A stretch of DNA of 63,273 nt, filler included, from Olpidium bornovanus S191 (taxonomy: Eukaryota; Fungi; Olpidiomycota): the NCBI GenBank assembly GCA_017911155.1. It is 29 parts of 29 records of this genome, joined end to end, with 100 filler letters (N's around TTAATTAATTAA, not from the genome) between each part and the next. Parts side by side here need not be neighbours in the genome. Positions count along the whole stretch, not along the records: positions 23,548 to 25,128 come from JAEFCI010000186.1; positions 25,229 to 26,796 come from JAEFCI010005904.1; positions 26,897 to 29,419 come from JAEFCI010004567.1; positions 29,520 to 31,170 come from JAEFCI010009228.1; positions 31,271 to 32,537 come from JAEFCI010009933.1; positions 32,638 to 34,924 come from JAEFCI010009994.1; positions 35,025 to 38,310 come from JAEFCI010003860.1; 22 more parts are not named here. One strand, given 5' to 3'. The notes below the pieces were generated by a model. That model had not been told where the DNA came from. It searched no databases and was given only the letters and a program-made list of their open reading frames with translations. Below, one piece after another: positions 23,596-35,447 of this stretch. The translations under genes were made by a program, and so were the position numbers. Positions within the stretch are counted from its first letter, which is position 1; the number at the start of each line of letters is the position of its first letter.

Positions 23596-25022
23596 CTGTC
23601 GCAGGTCATCGAGGGTGTTAAGTTCCGGCGAGAGCCCTCCGTGTATGCACAAAAACTGCTTGTTCATGATGGCGGCCAACGGGAGCGAGCAGAAGGACTC
23701 CATGACGGCGTCGTACACTTTCTCGGAGTATTTGTGTTTACCTGGCGTCGCACGCAACCCCCACCCCCACCGGGGCGAGTCAAATTTCAGCGGAACGCCA
23801 CAAAAAAAACCCCCCGGCGCACCCGCACTTGCCCCGACCCGGGTGGAGGTCAAAATCGGCGAATCCCCCCCGTCTAGCGCGGCGCCACCGCCGCCTCGCA
23901 GCTCCCGCCCTGGGATTGGGACGTACATTCCAGCTTGAAGGTAAAATAATCCGTAAGGTGTCGGCACTCGTGGTTCCCCCTCAGGAGCAGCAGGGTCGTC
24001 GGGTACCAGATCTTCAGAGCGTACAGGTATAGGACGCACTGCGGTGGGATCGACCAGGATTATTGTCACCCGAACCCTGAGAGCGGCGTGACGCACCCCC
24101 CCCCCCCCCCCAAAAAAAAGGAAAGCAAAACCTATCCGGCCCTTTTTTTGTTTTTTTTTTTCTGTACCTCTATCGAAAAGTACCCTCGGTCGACGTAGTC
24201 TCCCAGGAAAAGGTACTTCGTCTCGGACGGCTTTCCGCCGACTTCGAAGAGCTTCATGAGGTCGTAAAACTGCCCGTGGATGTCGCCGCAGACGGTCACC
24301 GGCGAGTCGACCTCGAGGAGGTTCGGTTCCTGTTTCAGTATCTCAGTTGCTGTGGTGAGAATGAACAAGGCCTGCTCCTCCGTCAACCGGCCCTCGCGGT
24401 ACAGGTGCTGCTTCAGGAAGGCCACGTCGGGCTTCTTCTCCGGCGCCGCCGTCGACTTGTAGTAGAACTCAGAGTCGGAGGGCTCGGTGACGGCGGGTGG
24501 CGGGACGTCTTTTTTATTTCGGGTTTACGCCGCCGGGGGCCCGAAGCCGCCGAGAGGTTCGAGCGAGACGAGATTGGAGATAAGCTTTTCTGCTTGCCCG
24601 TCAGTGCACGAAACGGGCTGGAGCCCCGTCGCCCTACTTTTCTTCACTCTCTCTCTCTCTCTCTTTTTCTCTCTCTTCCTTTCTGCCACTCTGTCTCTCC
24701 CCGCCGTTTTTTCGTTTTTCGCCGCACCTTTGCAGAACCTCTCCTGCGTCGAGACCTTGTTGCCGTCTTCCATGACGTGGACGGTGAAGTCCACCTTCGC
24801 GGGCGGCGAGCCGGAGATCATCGCCTTGTTCGCGGGCGCCCAGTTCTTGGGGCCGGTGTTAATCTCCGCCAGCGCCGGCTTGAGCTTCGGGCTTACGGCG
24901 CCGCCCGCCCCTCCGGCCTTCCCTCCGGCCGCCGCATCCGAGGCCGCGGGCGGCGGCGGCGGCGGCTGCGCTTTCGGGCTGGCGGGCGCCGCCGGGGTTT
25001 TCGGCGACGGCGGGTTCGACAT
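23596..25022 (-). CDS. CNA1: Calcineurin (PP2B) catalytic subunit A, 3' truncated
   Basis: Exons 25022-24728, 24508-24168, 24038-23927 and 23741-23596. Motifs: [67 protein letters not shown]. Confidence 0.97.
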
Positions 25023-25069
25023 AACCGGGGGAGGAGGAAGGAAGGGGGGGGGAAGAGGAGCTTGCTCTT

Positions 25070-25109
<40 letters not shown>

Positions 25110-25502
25110 CTTTTTTTTCCCTTTTTCCNNNNNNNNNNNNNNNNNNNNNNNNNNNNNNNNNNNNNNNNNNNNTTAATTAATTAANNNNNNNNNNNNNNNN
25201 NNNNNNNNNNNNNNNNNNNNNNNNNNNNAGAAGCAAAACTCCAAGATTCTCCATTGGTTCGATAAGATGCGATCGTATCATCGGGTGCATCTGTCATTTG
25301 AGCACGGCGGATATTCGTGGAGACAGATACGACGGAGTTAAAATTCATGGAGCCAATAAGCACAACAGGAAGGTAGCAGGATAGCACACAAAATTGGACA
25401 ACTCCAGACGTCGAGGTTCAGAAGCCAGTGTGTTACCGGATTTGCCGGAATTCTTTCTTCGCGCAGCAGAGGGAGGCGTGCGTTCTAGACAGAGTCCCTC
25501 AC

Positions 25503-26638
25503 CTGCAAAAAGCTGACGACCATGCACATGATCGAGTAGGAGCTCAGGCCTCCTGTGTACACTTCATTCATTTGCTTTTGCATCAACTGGTGTTTTACTA
25601 TCAGAATTAATGGGCGTGCCGCTGGGTACTTGTCCATGAAATCCTTGACAATCTTTGCACCATTAATGCCGCCGTCGGAGTTGAACGATACGTCCACACG
25701 AAATTTAGTTATCTTCTCATGAAATTTGATAATCGGGACCTTCGCGTGTGCAACTATCGAAACATTTGTAGCGACACCGGCTCGTTCGAGCAGTTGGCCA
25801 GTTTTCTTGAGAGCAATTTGGACAGACCCGGGCAAAGGCGTCAAAACCACAATGTCCAAGTCGCTGTTGGGGAAACCATATGAGCCACCTGTGTTCCGCA
25901 AATTCAACCGGAACAGTGTGCGACAAAAATCCTCGTAAGCCCTCACCTCGTCGGGAGATAAAGCTTTGTATTGTAGCTGCCAAAGACGGATACGAACGCA
26001 TCTGGGTAGATTCGCTTGATCGCCCGCGAAATTCTAGCAACCACGAACGCTCGCATCTTGTGTTCCACTGGGGTCGGGGAAATATAGCGGAGAAATTCGT
26101 GGATCTCGCGATTCAGGCTGCAGAGCACGCAACGCGGGAGAGGGGGGACGGAGGAAGACGGGTGAAGGGCGGCGAGGCAGTCTCGGGCATCTTAGCAACC
26201 TCCTGTATCCCGCGCGGGCCCACGGTTCCTCCGCGCTGCACTAGACGGTCCCCGCCGGCTGGTGAAACAAACGTGCCAGATATCCGCTTACGCGAGGTGG
26301 GGAGCCAGAGGATAGTCTTTTCCGGAAAACCAAGGGGCGCTGCCACTCTTCTTCTTCCTTCTCTCGGCCCTTGCGCCTGCCCTCTCCCTCAGCTCGTCCT
26401 CGTCCGTTGACGTGTCAACTTCGGAGTGCCGCCGTTTCCTGGGCCGCCGCGTCCGAGAGCCGCTGTTTCCGCCCTTCCTTCCCTCTTCGCCACCATCCTC
26501 CTCCCGCCGGCGCCAAGGGGCTCGCTCCTTCTCTGGTGTACCCCTGCGCCCGGACCGCTCCACGTCGCGGCCCGGGTCGTCCTCGTCGTCGGCCGATTCC
26601 GGCTCGAACGCGATGAAATCAGCGGCGCAGGCGTCCAT
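25503..26638 (-). CDS. TRF4: Non-canonical poly(A) polymerase of the TRAMP complex (Trf4/Trf5/PAPD5 family), 3' incomplete
   Basis: Exons 26638-26292, 26117-25947 and 25863-25503. Motifs: LNREIHEF, VFGSYNTKLYLPT-SDLDIVV, AKVPIIKF, VDVSFN, NEVYTGGLSSYS. Confidence 0.95.
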
Positions 26639-28152
26639 TGGGCGGGCAGTCCCTATTTCTTTCGGTTTTTTTTTCTCTCTTTTTTTTTTTTCCCCCTTCT
26701 CCGCGGGCCTTGTGCGCCGGCTTCGCGCGGATCCGTGGCTGCGCGCGAGCCGGCGGGGACGGCTGGGTTTGGGTGGTGGTGGGGGGGGGAGGGGGGNNNN
26801 NNNNNNNNNNNNNNNNNNNNNNNNNNNNNNNNNNNNNNNNTTAATTAATTAANNNNNNNNNNNNNNNNNNNNNNNNNNNNNNNNNNNNNNNNNNNNCATG
26901 AAGGGCAGGTGCAGAAGCGTGCAGGTATGGCTGGGCGCCGCCAGATTCCGCAGGATTCTGCGGCTTGCCCCATCAATGACTGAACAAGCCGACCTCATCC
27001 TCTGTGATGTCGCCATCGGTGATGTTCCCATTGTTGTTGTAAAGGGATTTCCTTTTTTTTCATCTCTGTTGACGAATTTCTAATTTGTTCCGTTGTCTGC
27101 AAATTCCCCAAAAACCACTTCACATTTTTTTGACTGGTTAGTGAACTCACGGAAATCCCAATATCCGAACAACCAACTGCAAAATGGCAGTCGAACGGAT
27201 GTCCGAAAGGCACAGCACGGGGCCCCCTTGCCACCCGTGGACGAATCTTTCGCAGTTTTTAGCTTTGTAACGAACCGTTTTGGCACGCGTGCCCGGCTAC
27301 ACCGGCGGCAGTTTCTCATCCCCGTCTCCGTCGTGCCGTGCGTACGGGACAAAACCTGAGGAACTTCACATTCCCATTTAACTCTAGCAAGGTACACGTA
27401 AAGAGGGTTCACTCACTTCCGCGACAAAAACAACCCCAACGAACTGCCGCAGCGGCCACGTAGCCGCCGCGGCCCTGTGATCAGTCCTTGGCGGACGTGC
27501 CGCCATCATCCTAAGTTGATCATGTACTTTAGACAGTTTTCCGCATCGCGAGGCAGACGCGAACCACGCATGTCGTGCAAGTGGTAAGTACAAGCCGGGC
27601 CCCGCTCAAGCCACTCGGTCAGTCCCTCACGGCAGGATAGCATACGGCAACTGCGAAGGAAGGACAGGCGCAGAAAACTCCACCGGGCGGCATCCGACGG
27701 AGACACGCAGCTGCGCCAAACGCTCGTAAACGACACTTCTCCTTTCGGCCCTTAGCCGCCCGTGACACAGGCCCTCGCCGTTTTTCTGAAAAGTTCTGCC
27801 AGAAACAATTCCCGAACCGCCGGGAGTGTGATGAATCAGCGGGTGGACGTAGGCACGCCGCTCACGGCTGGCGTTCTGAGCGCTGTCCCTGCCTTTTGGC
27901 AGTGCAAATACTACACGAACAGCTAACGGTGAGTCCGCAGCCCGGAATTGCAACAAGTGCGACGCGGCGCGCCAGCCAAAGCTTGCCGGCGCAGCGGTGG
28001 CGGAGGTGCGCGTGTTACGCAGGGATTGTCCACAAAACCCGGGCGAGCGCGATTATCGGCAGGCAGCAGAGTCGGGCCGCCGTCCGCTGTCAAGACCAAA
28101 CAAGGAGGAGCCCTAACCCCACAGGACCCTTCTTCTCTCTTCCCCTGAGATT

Positions 28153-29419
28153 ATGGATGGCGCGGCCTGCACGCACCGCTCGCTTCCTCCAAGGGTCTGT
28201 GGTCCTGTTCTCGGATTTCTCACGGTGTCGTTCGGCCGCCTGGCGCAACACCGGCCCCCCTTACAGTCGTCCGGGGGGGGCGGTCCTCCGCGCAAGCCGC
28301 GCGCTTCGGCAGCCGCGGCCGTCCGCGGGGTACAACGGGCGACGCCGAAGTGTTCTGCAGCGCGGCAGAGTTCGAGCTCCCGCGATCTCCAAGCGCCAAA
28401 GTGCGGCTCGGCCGGCGAAGCAGCCGACGCACCGCACGTTACACTGAAGTGGTGGGGAGAAGACGACGACGGCGTCGATCTCCAGCCGTGTGAGATCGTC
28501 AGCGCTGGACGAGGAGGAAAGGCCGTGGTCTCGACCGCCCGCAGAGGCAGGGAAGTCTGGGGACGGCCGCCCCGGAGGCCCCCCCCCGGCGCGCATGGGC
28601 CTTCCGTTAGGACGGTTCACAGCAGCCGCGAGCCAGTTGGCCCGCAGGCGATTCCCGCGAAACCGAGGTGTAGATATTCGATTCGTTGCAACCGGCACCA
28701 ATTTCGCGCATACCTGGAAGACATGGGCGTGCTGACTTTGCGCGTGACCCATCCTTCAGGCGTGGTATGTGGCTAATGGGGGGGGGGGGGGAGAGAGTCG
28801 CGCGAACAAGCGCTTTCCGCGACTAAATGCTTTTACGCCAGGTACGTATCCCAGGTTTAAGTCGACTTGTGCCAGACCACGGAAAGTCGCACAAGGATAC
28901 CGGATCAAGGACCAACTTTGCGTCCTTTGCAGACACGTGGCCTATTTTGAACTCGGACGGCCAAGTAATTGGAACTCTTGAGCTCGGGTTTGAGTTGGAA
29001 TGGTCGGTTGAGGGAATGGCCGAGCAGCAGGAAACGTTGTCGTCCGAACAGGAAGTTGCGAACGAGTGGGGCTGCCGAAAAGCTCGCGAAGAGGACTTCG
29101 TGGAGGAACGACCTCGCACGCCGCCAGGCCCTCCAGCGCCGAAGCCGAAGCCAATGCCAATGCGGCGAGGGAATTATTCTTCGGCGTTCGTCTCGCCGGG
29201 GGGAGCGGCCGTTCGTCTCGGCGCCAGCGAGCAGGATCCTCCGCAAAATACTCGCTCAGTGAACAACAACGACCGTCAGGCGACGGACAATACGGTTCGC
29301 ATGGATTCTCGATTACCGCCGGACGTCACCGTGAATTACGTGCGAACAAAGCATCCAGCCGGAAACGGGGATGCCGGCGGAAGGTCGGTTCCGCGTTCGC
29401 TTGCGGAGATCCATCGTCG
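28153..29419 (+). CDS. C2CD3: C2CD3-like centriolar distal-end protein, N-terminal C2 domain; 3' truncated
   Basis: SLPPRVCGPVLGFLTVSF, VTLKWWGEDDDG, RYSIRCNRHQFRAYLEDMGVLTLRV, a GT-AG intron at 28765-28841, then VRIPGLSRL...VIGTLELGFEL. These are collinear with recalled C2CD3 N-terminal motifs (SLPPLVEG, VRWWGE, YAIRCGPKQFTSYLTDM). Confidence 0.82.
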
Positions 29420-29776
29420 NNNNNNNNNNNNNNNNNNNNNNNNNNNNNNNNNNNNNNNNNNNNTTAATTAATTAANNNNNNNNNNNNNNNNNNNNNNNNN
29501 NNNNNNNNNNNNNNNNNNNAAAGGCGCCGGCAATCGTGCCTGTCACGGCTTTCTCTATCTTCGCGGGACTTCTCCTTCTCGCCTCCTTTCTCCTGGTGGG
29601 GTCCTGGCAATTTATGCCAAAGACGTACGGCCTCATGTAGAATGGCGCCAGCCCAAAATCTCAAGCATCGGCACCACGCGTTCCGTCCAACCCCCGGCAC
29701 CGGGGTGCCGTGCGCAGAAAAGCGACCAGACTCCTCCCCCCCTCCGCCCGCCCGCCCGCTCTTTGAGATTTGCGGA

Positions 29777-31170
29777 ATGCCGGGCGCTTCTCCCGAACCG
29801 GCGAGCGTGTCGTTCGACAATTCGAGATGGAGCCGTGCCGTGACGGGGGCTGCCGAGGAATACCGGAACACGGTCATCCTGGTCTGCGTGCTGGGCGCAT
29901 CGATGCTGCTGCACACGCTGGTGTACTCCGAGCTGCGGAAATGGGCTCCGAGGGCGCAGTCGGCGTTCGTGAACGACATCGTTAAAAGCAGGTAGCTTTT
30001 ACAAAAAAAAAAAAAAAAGAAAAAAAAAGCTTTTCGATAGTTTTCACATATCCGTCAAAATTGTCCTCCTTTCCCTTGGTGTTGGCAACGACGCCCCAGC
30101 CAATGGCCGATGTTCTACCTCTTCCCCACGTCCTGCTGGAAAGTCGGCTGGCGCCTCTGGCCGTTCGCGGACGCGGCGGAAAACGAGGCGGTGCAGCAGG
30201 TCTTCACTGTCCTCGTGATCCTCGAGGCGGGCTGGCTCAGCATCAACGGCCTGCGGGCCGTCTTCGCCTCCCTAGTGAGGCAGAACAAGTGGGTCAGGGA
30301 CCCTGCCAAGGCCGCATCCAGGACGAAAAAGCCGACCGCGGAGCAGGCGGAGGCCGAGCAGTCGTGGAACAGGAGGAAAGTGATCACCCAGCTCCGCGTC
30401 ATGAAGCGGCTCTGCTACGGGGGCCTGTTTTGCGCAGTGGCCGGGGCCGTGGTCGGCACGTTCCACCGGCGGCTCGACATCTGGCTCAGCGTCCTTGCCA
30501 GTGCGTCAGTGAGCGGCGCGGAGGGGGCGGGGTGGTCAGCTCCGAGAAAAACCCGATTCGGCGTTCTCAGCCTGACGTCTGCGGCCGGGGACGCGTGTTA
30601 CCGATAGGTACGGCGGGCATCACGTTTGGGATCGCAGCATCGCCGTGGATAAAGAGTATGATCAGCTCGCTGACGGTACGTTTCAGCGATGACGCAGCTT
30701 GCCGAAGGGGGAGAGCGGTAGATGGCCTGCCATGATCACGTACCTCGGTCCTTCGCCTCCGTCAGATCGCCATTGCGCAACCAATAACGCTGGACGATAA
30801 TGTGGCGATCAAAGGCGAATCCGGCGCAATCGAAGAGATCAAATCACAATACGTTGGTACGGAGTACGTTATTTTTCTCCAGCTCGAACGGCTCCGCATT
30901 CAGCCGTGGGACGCTCCGCTCACGCAATTCCGCCGTCGCACAGTGCACCGTCTTTGGGACGGCCGACGGCTGATCCACCCGATATCCGACTTCACTTCGG
31001 TTCCCTTCGAGAACCGCACGAAAACTACGGCGTGGAAGATCGGCGTCATCCTTTTCTACCTGGACCCCCTCATCGTCGCGAACCTGGGCGAGCTGCGGTC
31101 GCACCTCGCGCACATCTTGGCGGCCACCGAACCCGCCAACAAGCTCTGGGACAAGAAGGTGGTTGACATG
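29777..31170 (+). CDS. MscS-family small-conductance mechanosensitive channel of bacterial subtype, four introns, 3' truncated
   Basis: Exons 29777-29991, 30100-30500, 30608-30675, 30766-30856 and 30944-31170; all four introns are GT-AG and phase-matched. Spliced product includes RRKVITQLRVMKR...SVLASTAGITFGIAA...IAIAQPITLDDNVAIKGESGAIEEIKSQYVVHRLWDGRRLIHPISDFTSVPFENRT. An alternative in-frame ATG lies at 29642. Confidence 0.85.
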
Positions 31171-33770
31171 NNNNNNNNNNNNNNNNNNNNNNNNNNNNNN
31201 NNNNNNNNNNNNNNTTAATTAATTAANNNNNNNNNNNNNNNNNNNNNNNNNNNNNNNNNNNNNNNNNNNNAACAAAAAAAAGCAAAAAAAGCGCAGCTCG
31301 AAAAAGCGCAACTCCGTAAAACTCGGATGAAGCGCAATTCGAAAACAAAAAAAAAATAAAAAACGAAAAAAAAAGACGACGATGCCGACAGCCGCTTCCG
31401 TCGACGATCTCGTCTCGCTCTTGCGCCCCGGCCCGCCACTCGCGCTTTGACCAAAACGATGACGACGAAGTCATGTCGCGGGTGTCGCTAGGGACAGATC
31501 CAGACCGCCGGGTTTCTGCAATTCACCGCCAGAAGATTTGCTTGTCAGCACAATCCATGGTCTCCGTAAATGCCGAGGAAGGTAGGCTTTTATTGTTTTT
31601 TTTGCACTGTTTGAACATGGACGCCGACGTCGCCGATGCCGCCGTCGCTCGCCATCGCGCGCCGTCGCAAAAGCTCCCGAGATCGGCAGATTCAGGTTCG
31701 CGAAGGCCGCAGACGTGCGCCGTTTTCTTTTCGGGGGGGGGGGAGGTTTAAGAAAAAAAGAGAATTGGCCTCTTTTTAGTGTCGCGCACTAAGAAAGGCA
31801 ACGGTGAAAACCAAAAAAAAACCTACTGCGCGGGTTACACCGCCTCGATTCCGGCGGCGCTTTTCGCCGCTCGGGGCGTCTACGGTCGCGTCGGGGCGTC
31901 GTGCCCCCGGTCAGAGACACCGCCTCGGCCGCGCTTTGCGGCCTCCATGGGCGTCTGCGGTCGCGTCAGGGCATCGTGACCCCGGGTCAAAGTCCGCCCG
32001 CGCACACACGCAGGCCACCTCGTCTGCCGTTGCGGGAACCGGGGGCGAACGCGCGCCAAGACCGCGTTCACGGCGGTCGCGCGGCGCGGCGATCACGAAG
32101 GGGCCGCGCACGGGCGCGCGCACCTTCCCCATTTTCCCCCCCTCCCCTTCCCCCCGCCGGCGCCTTCCCCTTCCACTCCTCCCTCTCACGCATCCACCAC
32201 CCCCGCCCGAACCCCCCCCCCTCCCACCTCGCCGCCGCCGCCCTCGCCACGAGACGACTTTCGCGCGGGTTTGCCGCTGTTTGCAGCCGTAGCCCGAGCT
32301 GTACTGCGGCAGCAGGCGCGTTTCGCAGCAGCCCATGGCGGCGACAAAGGCACACCTCTTAACGCGACGCACTGCGGCTGCGGGAGCGGAGGTGCTCGGC
32401 AGCGCGCTTTCCGCGCGCGCGCGCGCCGCGGGCGCGCCCCGAGGCGGTCATGGGGGAAGGGCAGTTTCCTTTCAGTTCCTTCTCTGCTCGGCGCCGGGCC
32501 CCCCCCCTCCCCCCGCACGCCCGCCCTTACGCCCGCTNNNNNNNNNNNNNNNNNNNNNNNNNNNNNNNNNNNNNNNNNNNNTTAATTAATTAANNNNNNN
32601 NNNNNNNNNNNNNNNNNNNNNNNNNNNNNNNNNNNNNCATGTCCGCCATCTTCCCATCAACGATCTGCACGCGTCTCTCATTCACTGCCATCTTGAGCGC
32701 CTGGCAATCCCGCTTGATATGGTCGAGGCTATCGCAATACAGGCATCGCGGTGGCATTTTAGGAGCCGAATTTTGCATCGAAGCCGGTCCTGTGGGCACG
32801 ATCGACGCACGGTTTCCGGTACTTGCAGTCAACAGCTCATACATCTGCTGCAGCTTTTCTGCAGTCGCCTTCTCACTTGCAACCTGATTCAGTCGAAGCT
32901 CCTGCATCATCTTTTCCATAGCCGCAAAATCTTTATCTATTACCGTAGTCGGTTTCCGAACTGGCGCTGATACGTTCTCCGTCGAAGATGATGCTGCGAC
33001 CGGCGCATGGTCAGCCTCCGGTCCACTAATCGAAGAATACAGGGCCCGATATGCGATCAAATCATTGACTTGGTTCCGAACCATCTCCCAATTCGTTGTG
33101 AACTCGCCATCGGCCGTCTTTAATCGCCGCACAAGTTCTTTCCTTCCTTCGACATGCGTGGCCTGAATAAAGACGGGCACCTTATCACGCACCCGAGCCC
33201 GACCAGCGGCCGAAAGCTCATCATACTTCCGTTCGAACGTCGTCAAAACTTCCACCAGAAGCTCCGTCTTCGAAGGACGATGCACCCATGCCAAAAACGT
33301 ATCGGCCGAGATGCGCGTTGAATCCCTAGCCCGAAAAAACTGCTTTAATTTCCGCTTGGAAGCTTTTCCACGTCGCATGATTCTTTGCCAGGACGGCATT
33401 GACGCGGGGCTGCGTTTCGAGCTCTGTACAGTTTTGAAATTTGTTCATAAGGCCGGCGTCGGACAGCTGTAGTAGTTGGAGAGCGGCCTGAAACTTGCGT
33501 AAATATGCTGTCGCATCTTTGCCGTCGAAGAACCCTTCTTTCTCGGTGAACCGCAAGAGACACGAGATCCTCGTCCTTCCAGCATCCATGTCGGTGGCGG
33601 GGTTGTTTCTGCCCTTGCGCCCATCGTTTCCGCTTCGACCGTTACGCGTCGATATTAAACTTTTGAGTCGTCGTTAAGCTAGTGTCCCAATGCCAGCACC
33701 GTCGATAGCGTTCTCTAGCGTCGAACACTCCGCTTTTCCTGGATTTCTCGTCGTAACCGCTCTTGCGTTT

Positions 33771-33786
33771 CTCGCAGAGGCCACCA
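33771..33786 (-). promoter_or_regulatory. Primer-binding site of element A
   Basis: TGGTGGCCTCTGCGAG lies 2 nt after the LTR-terminal CA. Its complement CTCGC-AGAGGCC-A-CCA parses as a tRNA T-stem, acceptor strand, discriminator A and CCA. Confidence 0.75.
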
Positions 33787-33788
33787 GA

Positions 33789-34142
33789 TGAGGTGCGGAA
33801 AACGAGCACTCGATGGCCCGAGTTTCCTTTGAGAAGATCGCGAGTTCGTTGCTTTTATTGCGTTCGATTCTACGTTCGGTTCGTTTGTTTGGTGCGTTCG
33901 AGCTCGAGGGGGGGAAGAAAAATCTATCTGCGTACAACCGTCGAACGCGTAAACTATTTCTACGCGTAAATCGAAATCGAGAAGCAATAGACGGGCGACT
34001 TGAAGGGGGTAGACTCAAATCAAAGGTTACAGAGTCGAACTGGAATAGAATAAAACCGAATCAAATAAAGTACAATCAAAATCGAAACAGAATAAAATCG
34101 AAGAAATAAGGGAAAATCAAATCGAAATGAACAAAGTTCACA
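33789..34142 (-). repeat. Putative 5' LTR of element A (TGTGA...CA, about 354 bp)
   Basis: The minus strand begins TGTGAAC and ends CACCTCA immediately before the PBS. The 5' boundary is inferred from the TG start only, since no second LTR is present. Confidence 0.5.
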
Positions 34143-35092
34143 CCACACCGCGCCTGCCGGGGGCTTGTGCTTTCGAAAGGGGAAGGCGCAGAAGGGGAGG
34201 GGACGGGACGGAGGGAAAGCGAGACGCTCCCACAGAGACACAGTAGACGATCGCGAAGTCGACGCGCAGGCAGATGCTTTGCTCTTGGCCCGACGGCACA
34301 GAGAGCACCCGAGACTTAGCTTTCCTCGACTTCGACGCGCACCAGGAGCCCGACGGCAACCCTTTCAACTTTGACCCCGTCCTCCTTTTTTTTATTTCGA
34401 CGGTAGGGGGTTTTTCGGACGGGGGATTTTTTGTAAGCGACAAGAAAACAGCAAGAAGAAAAAAAGGGGTAAAACCAAAACAAAAGAGATCGAGGGGAAA
34501 AATCGATGAGGCTGCGCAAGTCGAGAGAAATCAATGGAATTATGCAAATCGGCTTCGACGGGAGGAAAAGCAAAGGTCATGGGTTTGCGACAAACAAAAG
34601 GAAAGGAGCATCGACGCGGTGCCTGGCGTCGACCCGACTGCCTTGAGCAATCATTTGGGCGCCGACACCGCTGCGCCAAAATTGCAAAGGAGCTGCGAGA
34701 TGGGGAGAACTTTGTGACCAACTGGGAACGCGTCACCACGGTCATCCGAGAACCCACCGCGACCGGCTGTTGCGCCACGTTGAGGGCGTCGCTTTTGACT
34801 CGCGTCCCCCCCAGGAAGCGGGGGAGAGAGTGTTGCCAGCCAACCCTCATTACCCGCCTCCCCGGGCGCGGCCGAAGAGTGTCAACCTGAGCAAAGCAAG
34901 GACGACCAGGCGAGTAGGTCCGGGNNNNNNNNNNNNNNNNNNNNNNNNNNNNNNNNNNNNNNNNNNNNTTAATTAATTAANNNNNNNNNNNNNNNNNNNN
35001 NNNNNNNNNNNNNNNNNNNNNNNNCTCCCTCCCTCCCTCCCTCCCCCCCCCCCCCCCCCCCCCCCCCGTCCCCCCCCCCCCCGCCTCCCCCC

Positions 35093-35157
<65 letters not shown>

Positions 35158-35208
35158 CCCCCCCCCCCCCCCCCCCGTTGCGCCCCCCGGCGGGGTTGGA
35201 AAAAAAAA

Positions 35209-35239
<31 letters not shown>

Positions 35240-35447
35240 GAAGTCCAACGAAGGACGGCGGGAAGCGAGAAGCCCGCGTGTCGCCGCGTCCCGGAGGGGC
35301 GGCGCGGAGGGGGAGGAAGGGCGGGTGGCCGCGTGGGCTGAGTCGGGACCGCGGCGGAAGACCGGCAAATCTTATCGCGCGGCCCAGCTGCCGTCGCCAC
35401 GGCCCCCCCCCCCCCCCCCTTCCCCCCCCCCCCGCCGACGAACGTGG

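Larger units (their letters stand above)
32638..34142 (-). mobile_element. Ty3/gypsy LTR retrotransposon A, 5' part (LTR, PBS, gag with CCHC knuckle)
   Basis: Gag begins at 33589 (FFDGKDATAYLRKF) and has a single +1 frameshift at a T6 run (33333-33338). Zinc knuckle CLYCDSLDHIKRDC. Gag is homologous to the ORF at 54387-53488. Confidence 0.85.

Noticed and set aside
32186-32400. Divergent ATGs at CCATGG (MGCC... on minus, MAATK... on plus) as acylated or mitochondrial proteins
   Set aside because: There is no recognisable domain or splice support in either direction, so neither can be called.
33333-33338. Programmed ribosomal frameshift in gag of element A
   Set aside because: It falls early in gag rather than at the gag-pol boundary and sits in a T6 run; one extra T explains it as slippage or a sequencing error.
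35178-35447. N-terminal extension of the 892-aa ORF (poly-Lys/poly-Pro)
   Set aside because: It derives from poly-A and poly-C tracts near the contig start; the likely start is ATG 35448.
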